Positions 47,270-57,327 are shown, counted from the stretch's first letter. The stretch is 64,000 bases of DNA from Vicinamibacteria bacterium (GCA_963555995.3 OY821641.1:2752001-2816000); one strand, 5' to 3'. The notes: generated by a model from the letters alone, not told the origin. A program made the numbers and translations.

Positions 47270-50119
47270 CTAGGAAGCGCGCCGGGCCGCCGGCGCCGGT
47301 TCCAGGATGCCGCGGAGATAGCGCCCCGTCCAGGACCCGGCGTGCCGCGACACCGCCTCCGGGGTGCCGCAGACGACGAGTTCCCCGCCGCGCCCGCCGC
47401 CGTCCGGCCCGAGATCCACCAGGTGGTCGGCGGTCTTGATCACGTCCAGGTTGTGTTCGATCACCACCACGCTGTTCCCGGCGTCCACCAGACGGTCGAG
47501 CACCCGCAGGAGCCGGGCGATGTCGTCGAAGTGCAGTCCGGTGGTGGGCTCGTCCAGGATGTAGAGCGTGTCGCCGGTGGACCGCTTCGCCAGTTCGCGC
47601 GAGAGCTTGACCCGCTGCGCCTCGCCGCCCGACAGGGTCGGGGAAGGCTGCCCGAGCCGGATGTAGCCGAGCCCCACGTCCTGGAGCGTCTCGAGAATGT
47701 GGAGGATGCCGGGCTGCGACCGGAACACGGGGATCGCCTCGCTCACCGTGAGGTCGAGCACGTCGGCGATGGAACGGCCCTGGTAGCGCACCGTCAGCGT
47801 CTGGTCGTTGAACCGCCGGCCGCTGCACACCTGGCAGGTCACGAAGACGTCCGCCAGGAAGTGCATCTCCACCCGGATCACCCCGTCGCCCTGACAGTGC
47901 TCGCAGCGCCCGCCGGGCACGTTGAAGGAGAAGCGCCCCGGCTTGTAGCCCTGGGCGCGGGCGGCGGGAAGCGCCGCGAAGAGCGAGCGGATGCCGTCGA
48001 ACACCTTCGTGTAGGTCGCCGGATTCGAACGCGGGGTGCGGCCGATGGGGGACTGGTCAATGTCCACCACCCTCCCGACCCGTTCGATCCCCTCGATGTG
48101 GGAGTGCTTCCCCACCGGCCGTTCGGAACGGTGGAGCGCGCGGGCGAGCGCCCGGTAGAGCACCTCGTAGACGAGCGTGCTCTTCCCGGCGCCGGAGACC
48201 CCGGTGACGCAGGTGAGGGCGCCGAGCGGAATCGCCACGTCCACTTCCTTCAGGTTGTTCGCGCGCGCTCCCACGATCCGGATGGAATGCCGGGAGGGCC
48301 GCCGGCGCGGGGGCACGGCGATGTCGAGGTCGCCGCGCAGGTAGCGTCCCGTGAGCGACTTCGGCTCCTGCTGGATCTCCGCCGGCGTCCCGGTAGCCAC
48401 CACCTCCCCGCCGTAGACCCCGGCGCCCGGGCCGAAGTCCAGCACGTGGTCCGCGGCTTCGATGGTTTCCCGGTCGTGCTCGACCACCACGACGGTGTTG
48501 CCGATGTCCCGGAGCCGGTGCAGCGCCTCCAACAGCTTTCCGTTGTCGCGCGGGTGGAGCCCGATGGAGGGTTCGTCGAGGATGTAGATGACCCCGGTGA
48601 GCTCGGACCCGATCTGGCTGGCCAGCCGGATGCGCTGCGACTCTCCGCCCGACAGGCTCGGCGCCAGCCGGTCGAGCGACAGGTAGCCCAGGCCCACGTC
48701 GGCGAGGAAGCGGAGCCGGTTCCGGATCTCCTTCAGCAGTTCCGCCCCGATGACGAGCGCGGCGCCTTCCAGTTCGAGGTCTCCCACGAACCCGAGCGCG
48801 TCCTCGATGGACATCGAGGAGACGTCCGCGATGGTGTGGTCGCCCACGGTGACGGCGAGCGCCTCCGGCCGCAGCCGGGTCCCCCCGCACGCCCGGCACG
48901 CCCGGCTCGAGAAGAAGCGCGCGTAGTAGCGCCGCGCCCGGTCGGACGAGGTTTCCCGCATGCGGCGGGTCAGCAGGTTGAGGACTCCCTCCCAGAGCAC
49001 GTGCCGGGTACTCCGGTGGTAGCGGACCGTGATCCGCTCCCGGCCCGCGCCCTGGAGCAGGACGTCCCGCTTGCCGGCCGCGAGCCGCTGCCACGGCCGG
49101 TCGAGATCCACCGCGAAGCGCTTCGCGACCGCCCGGATCACGGTGGCCTCCCACCCGTCGCGCTCGGCGAAGCGCCCCCACGGCGCCACCGCGCCCTCGT
49201 TGACGCTCAGCCGCGGATCGGGGACCACCAGGTCCTCGTCCACCTCGCTGCGGGCTCCCAGCCCGTTGCACTCCTTGCACATCCCCTGCGGGCTGTTGAA
49301 GGAAAAGAGCTGTGGCGCGATGTCGGGGAAGCCGATCCCGCAGCTCGGGCAGCCGTTCTTCTCGGAGAAGATGCGGTCGCGGTCCTCGCCCTCGACCGCC
49401 GCGATCACGATGCCGTCGCCTTCGCGGAGCGCGGTCTCGACCGAATCGGTGACCCGCCCCCGCCACTCGTCGCCGGCCGGCTCCTTGCGGGTCAGCCGGT
49501 CCACGACGATCTGGACGTTGTGCTTCTTCCGCTTGTCGAGGGCGGCGGTCTCCTCGACGAGCTGGACCTCGCCGTCAATCCGGGCGCGGGAGAACCCCCG
49601 GCGCAGGATGTTCTCGAGGGTGGAGCGGAACTCGCCGCGCCGGTTCTCGAGGACCGGCGCCAGCAGCAGGAAACGGGCGCCGGCCGGCAACTGCGCCAGT
49701 TCCTCCACGATCTCCTGCGCCGTCTGCGGACTGACCGCGCGCCCGCAGCGCGGGCAGTGGGCCACGCCCACCCGGGCGAAGAGCACCCGCAGGTAGTCGG
49801 AGATCTCGGTGATGGTGCCGACCGTGGAGCGCGGGTTGTGGCTCGCCGACTTCTGGTCCACCGAGATGGTCGGCGAGAGCCCCTGGATCGTGTCGTAGAG
49901 GGGCTTGTCCATCTGCCCGAGGAACTGGCGGGCGTAGCTGGACAGCGATTCGACGTAGCGGCGCTGACCTTCGGCGTAGAGGGTGTCGAGCGCCAACGAC
50001 GACTTTCCCGACCCCGAAACCCCGCTCAGGACGACGAGGCGCTTCTTCGGAAGGCGAACCGTAATGTTCTTGAGATTGTGCTGCCGGGCGCCCCGCACCA
50101 CAATGTGATCGGGCTCCAT
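47270..50119 (-). CDS. uvrA: Excinuclease ABC subunit A
   Basis: GARQHNLKN, GVSGSGKSSLA, FSFNSPQGMC, LSGGESQRIRLA, GVSGAGKSTL, GRTPRSNPATY, LSGGEAQRVKL. Confidence 0.98.
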   Translation of the reverse strand: MEPDHIVVRGARQHNLKNITVRLPKKRLVVLSGVSGSGKSSLALDTLYAEGQRRYVESLSSYARQFLGQMDKPLYDTIQGLSPTISVDQKSASHNPRSTVGTITEISDYLRVLFARVGVAHCPRCGRAVSPQTAQEIVEELAQLPAGARFLLLAPVLENRRGEFRSTLENILRRGFSRARIDGEVQLVEETAALDKRKKHNVQIVVDRLTRKEPAGDEWRGRVTDSVETALREGDGIVIAAVEGEDRDRIFSEKNGCPSCGIGFPDIAPQLFSFNSPQGMCKECNGLGARSEVDEDLVVPDPRLSVNEGAVAPWGRFAERDGWEATVIRAVAKRFAVDLDRPWQRLAAGKRDVLLQGAGRERITVRYHRSTRHVLWEGVLNLLTRRMRETSSDRARRYYARFFSSRACRACGGTRLRPEALAVTVGDHTIADVSSMSIEDALGFVGDLELEGAALVIGAELLKEIRNRLRFLADVGLGYLSLDRLAPSLSGGESQRIRLASQIGSELTGVIYILDEPSIGLHPRDNGKLLEALHRLRDIGNTVVVVEHDRETIEAADHVLDFGPGAGVYGGEVVATGTPAEIQQEPKSLTGRYLRGDLDIAVPPRRRPSRHSIRIVGARANNLKEVDVAIPLGALTCVTGVSGAGKSTLVYEVLYRALARALHRSERPVGKHSHIEGIERVGRVVDIDQSPIGRTPRSNPATYTKVFDGIRSLFAALPAARAQGYKPGRFSFNVPGGRCEHCQGDGVIRVEMHFLADVFVTCQVCSGRRFNDQTLTVRYQGRSIADVLDLTVSEAIPVFRSQPGILHILETLQDVGLGYIRLGQPSPTLSGGEAQRVKLSRELAKRSTGDTLYILDEPTTGLHFDDIARLLRVLDRLVDAGNSVVVIEHNLDVIKTADHLVDLGPDGGGRGGELVVCGTPEAVSRHAGSWTGRYLRGILEPAPAARRAS

Positions 50120-50412
50120 GGACTGTCCCGGGAGTCTAAAGGGAAGAGCACCCGCAGCGCCGGTCCAGACCAGCACCCACAGCGCCCGGAACGCCGATCC
50201 CCAGACCGGCACCCGCAGTGCTCCGCGCCGCGCACGTCACAACTCCACCCACCCACACGGCGTCCACAGCTTGGAACGCCGATCCCCTGTCAAGCGACAC
50301 CTAGTTTGGCCCAGATAAACGACACCTACTTTGTCACCCTGGAGAGCCTGTTTCGGCGGGGAAGGAGGGACGTTGGGGAGCGCGGCGGGAGCCCGGAGGG
50401 CGACCAGAGCGC

Positions 50413-51270
50413 TCACCGACGTCCCTCCTTCCCCGCCGGCGCCGCGGCGGGGGATGAGGCCGCCTCTTCCGGGAGGAGGAAGGATCGAGCGATCGTCTCC
50501 TGGCGCTCCCGGAAGCTCTGCTCCAGATCCCGCAGCCGATAGCTGCGGCCACGGATGTCGAGGACCACGCAGCGGTGCAGGAACCGGTCCAGGATCGCGC
50601 TCGCCAGCACCGCGTCCCCCGCCAGCACCTCCGGCCATTCCCGGATCGCCTTGTTCGTCGTGACCAGCACGCTCCCCCGCTCATGCCGGTCGTTGATCAA
50701 CCGGAACAGTTGACTCGCTTCCTTCGCGTCCAGGGCTTCGTAGCCCATCTCGTCGATGATCAACAGCGACGCCGACAGATACCGCCGGTTCCCCCGTGGC
50801 GTCGTCGACCCCTCATGCCGCTTCAGGGTCCGCAGCAACTCGTCCAGCCGGTAGAACGCCACCCGGAACCCGTTCTCCAGCGCCCGCATCCCCAGACCCG
50901 CCGCCAGGTGCGTCTTCCCCACCCCCGGCGGGCCCTGCAGCAGAACGTTCTGCCGCTCCCGGATCCAACCGCAGGTGCCCAACAGTTCCACCCGCGTCCG
51001 GTCCAGCGTCGGCTGGAAGCCGAAGTCGAAGTTCCCCAGGGTCCGTCCCAGAGGCAACCCCGCCATCCGCAGCCCCATCTCCAGCCGCCGCTGCCGGCGG
51101 AACTCCCTCTCCGTCTCCAGGACCCGAACCAACAGGCGATGCGCCGGCAGCTCCTCCCGCGCACACTCGGTCAGCAACTCGGACAACCGAGCCGATGCCT
51201 CCCGCATCCCGAGCTCTCCCAGGATCCGCCGCGTCCGGTCCAGGTCCAGGTCCACATCCATACTCACCAT
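50413..51270 (-). CDS. istB: IS21 helper ATPase IstB
   Basis: FDFGFQP, LQGPPGVGKTHLA, LLIIDEMGY, VTTNK..EW, AILDRFLH, GRSYRL. Confidence 0.95.
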   Translation of the reverse strand: MVSMDVDLDLDRTRRILGELGMREASARLSELLTECAREELPAHRLLVRVLETEREFRRQRRLEMGLRMAGLPLGRTLGNFDFGFQPTLDRTRVELLGTCGWIRERQNVLLQGPPGVGKTHLAAGLGMRALENGFRVAFYRLDELLRTLKRHEGSTTPRGNRRYLSASLLIIDEMGYEALDAKEASQLFRLINDRHERGSVLVTTNKAIREWPEVLAGDAVLASAILDRFLHRCVVLDIRGRSYRLRDLEQSFRERQETIARSFLLPEEAASSPAAAPAGKEGRR

Positions 51271-52517
51271 CGCGCTACCTCCGCCAGCGCCGCATACAGA
51301 TCCAGGGGACGTTCCTCCGGAGCCATCGCCCCGATCTCCTCCAGCCGACGCCCCATCCGCCCCAGCGGCGCCGGCGCGATCACCCGACCCGTCGAAGCCC
51401 CCTCGTAATGCGACAAGTCGCGCACAAGCAAGGAGTTGCCCTCTCGGGGATGCTCCGCCACCACCTCCCCGCGATCCAACACCTGCACCCGGCGCGCGCA
51501 CCGGCGCACCTCCACCCGGGTCCCCACCAGACGGAACGGCACCGACCAGCTCCGGCTGTCGAACGCCACCGTGCAGTCCTTCCGCACCGGCCGCAGCCCC
51601 ACCAGGTCGAACGGCTCCGGCAACCCCGTGCAGTCCCCCAAATACCCCTGCTCCTCCTCCCAACTCTCCAACACCCCGCGCCCCGTCGCCGGGCTCGTCC
51701 GGCGCGACTCCCACTCCAGCAACCGAGCGTCCGTCCACGCCTGCAACTCCTCCAGGCTCGACCACTCGCTCGTCGGCCCCGGACCCCAACCCCGCAGGTC
51801 CAGGATCCCTCGCTCCACCTTCCCCTTCGCCTCCGGAGACCGCGGCGGACAGGGATCGATGTGAAACCGCGCCTCCTCCGCATACCGCAAATAGGCCCGG
51901 TTCACCTCCCCCCAGACCCCCGCGCCGCGCACTATCGCCGTCTTCACGTTGTCCATCCGTACCGTCGCCGTCACCCCCTTCAGACGCACAAACGCCTGCC
52001 CGTGAACCCACAACCACGACAGCGTGTCCTTCAACGGGGACCACACCACCGCGCTCTTCCGCGAAAAGCTCAACCGCAGCGCAAACGCACTTACCCCCCG
52101 CCGGCCTCCAACCAGCATCCCCGGCGCCTCCGCCCAGTCCGCCTGCGCCTGCGCCCCCGGCGGCGTCTCCACCCGACGCCGCGCCCGTACCCGGCCCGGA
52201 CCCAACCGACGACGCAGATACCGCTGCACCGACCGCAGGCTCCCCACATACCCGTGCTCCGCCACCAAATGCTCGTGCAGCGCCGTCGCGTTCAAGGGCT
52301 GACCCCCCGCAAAGTCCGCGCACCACTCCCGGATCTCCTCCCCAAGCCTCGAAGCGCGCTCAACCTTCCCGCGACCGTCGCGCCTACCCTCCTCGCGACC
52401 CAGCTCGTAGCGAACCTGACGCTCGCTCACCCGCGCCGCCCGCGCGATCTCACGCCGGGAACAACCACGCTCCGAAAGCGCCCTGATCGTCATCCGAAGC
52501 TCCTTGCTGAGTGCCAT
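51264..52517 (-). CDS. istA: IS21 transposase IstA
   Basis: N-terminal HTH, RVETPPGAQAQADW, RMDNVKT, EAKGKVER, WSVP. Confidence 0.95.
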   Translation of the reverse strand: MALSKELRMTIRALSERGCSRREIARAARVSERQVRYELGREEGRRDGRGKVERASRLGEEIREWCADFAGGQPLNATALHEHLVAEHGYVGSLRSVQRYLRRRLGPGRVRARRRVETPPGAQAQADWAEAPGMLVGGRRGVSAFALRLSFSRKSAVVWSPLKDTLSWLWVHGQAFVRLKGVTATVRMDNVKTAIVRGAGVWGEVNRAYLRYAEEARFHIDPCPPRSPEAKGKVERGILDLRGWGPGPTSEWSSLEELQAWTDARLLEWESRRTSPATGRGVLESWEEEQGYLGDCTGLPEPFDLVGLRPVRKDCTVAFDSRSWSVPFRLVGTRVEVRRCARRVQVLDRGEVVAEHPREGNSLLVRDLSHYEGASTGRVIAPAPLGRMGRRLEEIGAMAPEERPLDLYAALAEVARW

Positions 52518-53063
52518 GGCGGTCCCCCTGAAGCGAGAACCGAAGCCTCAGCCAACGACGCAAACAGGTGACAAAGTTCGTGTCGTTTAAGCCCGATCTT
52601 TACCTGTCGTTTGACATCCCCAGACCGGCACAGCGGCGCTCCGCACCACGCACGGCGCAACTCCACCCACCCACACCGCGTCCCCGGCTTGGAACGCCGG
52701 TCTCCAGACCGGCACAGCGGCGCTCCGCGCCGCCCACGGCGCAACTCCACCCACCCACACGGCGTCCACAGCTTGGAACGCCGGTCTCCAGACCGGCACA
52801 GCGGCGCTCCGCGCCGCGCACGGCGCAACTCCACCCGCCCACACGGCGTCCACAGCTTGGAACGCCGGTCTCCAGACCGGCACAGCGGCGCTCCGCGCCG
52901 CGCACGGCGCAACTCCACCCGCCCACACGGCGTCCCCGGCCGGGAACGCCGGCCCGCCCGACCGGCACCGCCCGCCGCAGGCGGGCGAAGCGCACAATTC
53001 CCGCCACTCCCGAGGCGCCGTCGCCCCCGTACACTCTCCCCCCGAAAGGCCCATCACCCACCC

Positions 53064-53996
53064 ATGAACGACCCCTCCCCCATCGGCTACGACCAGCCGC
53101 TCTTCATCCAGCCCTTCGACCACCGGGGCAGCTTCACCAAGTCCTATTTCGGCTTCCGCGGCGCCCCGGAAATCTCACCCGCAAGCGACGGATTCGCCCC
53201 CGTGACGGCGGCGAAGAGCCTGATCTACCGCGGCCTCCTCCAGGCGATCGAGGGCGGGATTCCGAAAGAGCAGGTCGGCATCCTGGTGGACGCGCAGTTC
53301 GGCAGCCAGATCCTCGCCGACGCGGCGGCGCGGGGGATTCCGCGGGCGCTCTGCATCGAAAAGAGCGGCCAGTCGGTCTTCGACTTCGAGTACGGGGTGC
53401 GCTGGGTGACGCACATCCGCTATCACCGCCCGCAGATCGTGAAAGTGCTGGTGCGGCTGCATCCCGACGATCCGGTGGCCGACACCGCAGTGCAGCTCAG
53501 CCGGCTGCAACTGGTCTCCGACTACCTCCACGGCCCCGAGCGGCGCCTGTTCATGTTCGAGTTGCTCGTCCCGGCCACGACCCCCGAGGACAAGGGAGCC
53601 GGGGCCGCCTACGACCGGGAGCTGCGGCCCGGCCACATGGTGCGCGCCATCCAGATGATCCAGGACTTCGGCATCGAACCGGACATCTGGAAGATCGAGG
53701 GCGTGGACCGGGCGGAGGACGCCGAACGGGTCGCGGCGGCAGTCCGCAGCGGGCCGGGCCGGGAGCGCGTCGGCTCCATCGTTCTGGGAAGGGGTTCCGA
53801 CGCCGCCCAGGTCCACGAATGGCTCCGGGTCGCGGCCCCGGTGGACGGGTTCATCGGATTCGCGGTCGGCCGCACCAACTTCCGCGAGCCGCTCGGAGCC
53901 CACCTGAACGGCGAACTCGGCGAAGGGGACGCGATCGCGCAGATCGCCGCCAACTACCGCTCCTGCGTGGACACCTGGCGCGCCGCGCGGGGCTGA
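53064..53996 (+). CDS. DUF2090 / IolC-C-terminal-like aldolase-fold protein
   Basis: PFDHRGSF, GILVDAQFG, EKSGQ.VFDFEYG, FELLVP, PDIWKIEG, VLGRG, GFAVGRT. Confidence 0.8.
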   Translation: MNDPSPIGYDQPLFIQPFDHRGSFTKSYFGFRGAPEISPASDGFAPVTAAKSLIYRGLLQAIEGGIPKEQVGILVDAQFGSQILADAAARGIPRALCIEKSGQSVFDFEYGVRWVTHIRYHRPQIVKVLVRLHPDDPVADTAVQLSRLQLVSDYLHGPERRLFMFELLVPATTPEDKGAGAAYDRELRPGHMVRAIQMIQDFGIEPDIWKIEGVDRAEDAERVAAAVRSGPGRERVGSIVLGRGSDAAQVHEWLRVAAPVDGFIGFAVGRTNFREPLGAHLNGELGEGDAIAQIAANYRSCVDTWRAARG

Positions 53997-54038
53997 TCCT
54001 GACGAGGGTTGAATCGTGCAATCCAATCGCACTCCGTG

Positions 54039-55112
54039 ATGCTGAATGAACATACTCGCGGCATAGACGACATCGTAGCCATCCTCGGGCAGGACGCGGC
54101 CCTCCTGGAGCACCGATGTTCGGGCATCATGAAGTCCAGCCTGCACCTGCCGGGGCCGGATTTCGTCGGTCGCTGCGTCGCTCCTTCAGACCGGCCGGCG
54201 CGGGTGCTGACGAGCCTGCAGGCGCTGTTCGATCACGGACGCCTCGCGGGCACGGGGTACGTCTCGATCCTGCCCGTGGACCAGGGGATCGAACACTCGG
54301 CGGGCGCTTCGTTCGCACCCAACCCGGAGTACTTCGACCCCGAGCGGCTCCTGAACCTGGCGATCGAGGGGGGCTGCAACGCGGTGGCCTCCACACTCGG
54401 AGTGCTGGGCGCCTGCGCCCGACGCTACGCGCACCGGATTCCGTTCATCCTGAAGCTCAACCACAACGAACTCCTGTCGTACCCCAACTCGTACGACCAG
54501 GTCCGTTTCGCAAACGTCGAGCAGGCCTTCGACATGGGCGCCATGGGCGTGGGCGCGACGATCTACTTCGGGTCCGAGGAGTCGGAGCGGCAGATTCAGG
54601 AGGTCACGGCGTGGTTCCAACAGGCGCACGAACTCGGGATGTTCACCGTCCTCTGGTGCTATCTCCGCAACGCGGCGTTCCGGAAGGATGGGATGGACTA
54701 TCACACGGCGGCCGACCTGACCGGCCAGGCGAACCATCTGGGCGCCACGATCGGGGCGGACATCATCAAGCAGAAGCTGCCGGAGACGAACGGCGGCTAC
54801 CCGGCCCTCCAGTTCGGAAAGACCCACCCCAAGGTGTACGACACGCTGACGAGTGACCACCCGATTGATCTGTGCCGCTACCAAGTGGCGAACTGCTACC
54901 TGGGCAGGGTCGGACTGATCAATTCGGGCGGCGCGTCGGCAGGTGACAGCGATCTCAAGGAGGCGGTGAGGACCGCCGTCATCAACAAGCGGGCGGGCGG
55001 CATGGGCCTCATCTCGGGCCGCAAGGCCTTTCAGCGGACGATGCCCGAGGGGATCGCACTCCTGAACGCGATCCAGGACGTGTACCTGGCGCCCGAGATC
55101 ACGGTCGCCTGA
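54039..55112 (+). CDS. fbaB: Class I fructose-bisphosphate aldolase (DhnA/FbaB)
   Basis: [47 protein letters not shown]. Confidence 0.95.
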   Translation: MLNEHTRGIDDIVAILGQDAALLEHRCSGIMKSSLHLPGPDFVGRCVAPSDRPARVLTSLQALFDHGRLAGTGYVSILPVDQGIEHSAGASFAPNPEYFDPERLLNLAIEGGCNAVASTLGVLGACARRYAHRIPFILKLNHNELLSYPNSYDQVRFANVEQAFDMGAMGVGATIYFGSEESERQIQEVTAWFQQAHELGMFTVLWCYLRNAAFRKDGMDYHTAADLTGQANHLGATIGADIIKQKLPETNGGYPALQFGKTHPKVYDTLTSDHPIDLCRYQVANCYLGRVGLINSGGASAGDSDLKEAVRTAVINKRAGGMGLISGRKAFQRTMPEGIALLNAIQDVYLAPEITVA

Positions 55113-55140
55113 AACCACCGGAGGAGCGGGCGCTTGCCCG

Positions 55141-55190
55141 TGCGCGGCGCGAAGCGCCGCGTGTGCCGGTCTGGAGGAGACCGGCGTTCC
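55141..55190 (-). repeat. REP-like palindrome, type A variant
   Basis: GTGCCGGTCTGGAGGAGACCGGCGTTCC between convergent genes. Confidence 0.8.
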
Positions 55191-55206
55191 AAGCCGGCGC
55201 GCCGTC

Positions 55207-56670
55207 TCAGGCGCGGGGCCGCGCCGCTTCCACCAGCTCCGCCACCCGCTCCACCGTTTCCTCGAGCGTGAGGTCGCTGGTGTCGAGGTGGTGGGCGTCC
55301 TGCGCCCGGCGGAGGGGGGCCACCGCCCGGCCGGAGTCGGTGTGGTCGCGGCGGCGGAGTTCGGACTGGACGGCGCCCACGTCGCGGTCTCCCTCGTCCG
55401 AGGAGCGGCGCCGGGCCCGGACCTCCGGCCGCGCGTCCAGAAAGACCTTCACCGGAGCCTCGGGGAAGACCACGGTGCCGATGTCCCGACCCTCGACCAC
55501 CCCGCCGCCCGCCGCGAACTGCCGCCAGCGCTCCACCAGGACCTCGCGCAGTTCGGGATGGACGGCGACCCGGGAGGCGCCGGCGGAAACGTCGGGCGCA
55601 CGGACGGCTTCGGACACGTCGTCGCCGTCGAGGAAGACGCGGCCTTCCGGATCGAGGATCACCCGGTAGGCAAGGGTCCTGAGGGACGGGCCCTCATCGA
55701 GATCCATGTCCTGCCGCATCGCCGCGAGCGCCACCGCGCGCACCGACGCGCCGGTATTGAAGTAGGCGAACCCGAACCGCTCGGCGACCGCGCGCGCCAC
55801 GGATGTCTTTCCGGACCCCGCCGGCCCATCAATCGCAACGACGAACGCCGCGGCCGCGGGCCGAACCGAGGAAGCCGGCGGTTCCGAGTCGGCCGGCTTG
55901 CCGGAAGCCGGCGTCTCCCCGGCACACCGCCGGATGAGGTCCCGCAGTTCCTCCACCTCCTCCCGGCTCAGTTTGCGCCAGCTCCCCGGGGTGAGCCCGG
56001 TATCCGCGAGGCAGCCGATGCGGGTGCGGTGCAACTCCAGAACGGGATGGCCCAGGACGCTCAGCACCCGCCGGATCTCGCGGTTGCGGCCGCCCCGGAG
56101 GGTCACCCGGAGACGCGCGCGGCGCTTCGACTCCGCCCGGTGCGGAAAGCGGGCGATGACCTCGACCTGGTCGAGCCGCAGCCCTTCGCCGTCCACCCGC
56201 ACGCCGCGCTGCGCCCGGTCGAGCACGTCTTCGGCGGGAAGCCCCCGGACGGTGGCGTAGTAGGTCTTCGGCAGCCGGTAGCGCGGATGCGTGACCCGCT
56301 GCGCCAGCTCGCCGTCGTCGGTCAGCAGCACGAGTCCCGAGCTGTTGCCGTCCAACCGTCCGACCGGCGCCAGCGAGCGGAACGAATGGGGCAGCAGATC
56401 CATCACCGTGGAACGGCGTCCCGGGTCCGAGCGGGTGGTCAGATGCCCGATGGGCTTGTTGAGGATCACGTAGCGCCGCGGCCTGCCGAGCTTCCGCAGC
56501 CGCGCTCCGTCCACCCGGATGTCCTGGAGCGCCGGGTCCGCGCGCACCCCGGGAACGCCGACCACCTCCCCGTCCACGGTGACCCGGCCCTCGGCGATCA
56601 TCCGTTCCGCGGCGCGCCGCGAGGCGATCCCCGCCGCGGCGATCAGTTTCTGGAGCCGCTCGGCGGTCAT
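55207..56670 (-). CDS. Fused rRNA pseudouridine synthase (RluB/RsuA family) - cytidylate kinase (Cmk)
   Basis: ERLQKLIAAAGIASRR (S4 domain), PVGRLD, GRNREIRR, then in the same frame VVAIDGPAGSGK, VEGRDIGTVVFP, RRDHTDSGR. Confidence 0.88.
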   Translation of the reverse strand: MTAERLQKLIAAAGIASRRAAERMIAEGRVTVDGEVVGVPGVRADPALQDIRVDGARLRKLGRPRRYVILNKPIGHLTTRSDPGRRSTVMDLLPHSFRSLAPVGRLDGNSSGLVLLTDDGELAQRVTHPRYRLPKTYYATVRGLPAEDVLDRAQRGVRVDGEGLRLDQVEVIARFPHRAESKRRARLRVTLRGGRNREIRRVLSVLGHPVLELHRTRIGCLADTGLTPGSWRKLSREEVEELRDLIRRCAGETPASGKPADSEPPASSVRPAAAAFVVAIDGPAGSGKTSVARAVAERFGFAYFNTGASVRAVALAAMRQDMDLDEGPSLRTLAYRVILDPEGRVFLDGDDVSEAVRAPDVSAGASRVAVHPELREVLVERWRQFAAGGGVVEGRDIGTVVFPEAPVKVFLDARPEVRARRRSSDEGDRDVGAVQSELRRRDHTDSGRAVAPLRRAQDAHHLDTSDLTLEETVERVAELVEAARPRA

Positions 56671-57317
56671 TCGGAGGCCCCGGCGCCGGCGGGATCGGCC
56701 CCGGCGCCCGGCTCCCCGGAGCCTGACTCCGCCGGAACGGGCGCGGCCGAGGCCGGCGTCTCCTCGAACTCGCGGAGCTTCGGCAGGTCCTCCAGCCGGT
56801 CCAGCTCGAACCGCTCGAGGAAGTCCCTGGTGGTCCCGTAGAGGAGCGGACGCCCGACGACCTGCTTGCGGCCCCGCGAGCGGACCAGGCGGTGCTTCAT
56901 GAGGGTGGTGACCACGCTGTGGGAGTTCACCCCGCGGATCTCGTTCAGCTCGGGCAAGGTGATCGGCTGCCGGTAGGCGATGACCGACAGCGCCTCGAGC
57001 GCCGCCTCGGTCAGCGCCTGCTCCCGCTTCGGCGCGATGAGACGCTCGATGGCGCCCTTCCATTCCACCCGGGTGGTGAGCTGGAAGCCCCCCGCGATCC
57101 GGGCCAGCCGCAGTCCGGATTCGAGGGCCGCGTACCGCACCTCCAGTTCGTCGAGGGCGGCGAGCACGTCCTTCACGTCGGTTTCGAGCACCTCGGCCAG
57201 ACGTTCCCCCGTGACCGGCGCCCCGTGGGAAAAGAGCAGCGCCTCCACCGCGGCCGCGAGCCGTTCCCGGTCCACGGCCGGCCCCGACCCCTCCACGCCG
57301 GCGGTTTCGGGGCTCAC
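56667..57317 (-). CDS. scpB: SMC-Scp complex subunit ScpB
   Basis: VEALLF, ALEALSVIAYRQPIT, IRGVNS, GRPLLYGTT..FL. Confidence 0.95.
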   Translation of the reverse strand: MSPETAGVEGSGPAVDRERLAAAVEALLFSHGAPVTGERLAEVLETDVKDVLAALDELEVRYAALESGLRLARIAGGFQLTTRVEWKGAIERLIAPKREQALTEAALEALSVIAYRQPITLPELNEIRGVNSHSVVTTLMKHRLVRSRGRKQVVGRPLLYGTTRDFLERFELDRLEDLPKLREFEETPASAAPVPAESGSGEPGAGADPAGAGASE

Positions 57318-57327
57318 CGGGAGATCC

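Larger units (their letters stand above)
50288..52616 (-). mobile_element. Complete IS21-family insertion sequence (2329 bp) with 5-bp target duplication TCCCC
   Basis: Ends TGTCAAGCGACA... / ...TGTCGTTTGACA; internal AAACGACAC repeats at both ends; TCCCC at 50283-50287 and 52617-52621; istA and istB inside. Confidence 0.96.
50188..52985 (+). repeat. Tandem REP array (BIME-like, ~84-bp unit, six units) interrupted by the IS21 element
   Basis: Units start at 50188, 50273 (split by the IS), 52691, 52775, 52859 and 52943. Inter-REP linkers are near identical. Confidence 0.9.

Noticed and set aside
47342-50542. 1066-aa + strand ORF and similar long antisense ORFs (9101-11035, 11341-13932, 13963-15948, 41269-43869, 56980-59169, 59229-61217)
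   Set aside because: Shadow ORFs opposite well-supported genes, expected in high-GC DNA; no recognisable motifs.
50413-52326. 637-aa ORF suggesting an IstA-IstB fusion or giant IstB
   Set aside because: The upstream part is a Gly/Ala-rich alternative frame of istA; IstB homology begins at ATG 51270.
52617-52985. Possible CRISPR array (palindromic repeats at regular spacing)
   Set aside because: Intervening sequences are near identical rather than unique spacers, the repeat is the dispersed REP, and there are no cas genes.
52611-53063. Repeat-containing N-terminal extension of the DUF2090 protein
   Set aside because: It is a translation of the 84-bp REP array, which happens to stay in frame; homology starts at ATG 53064.
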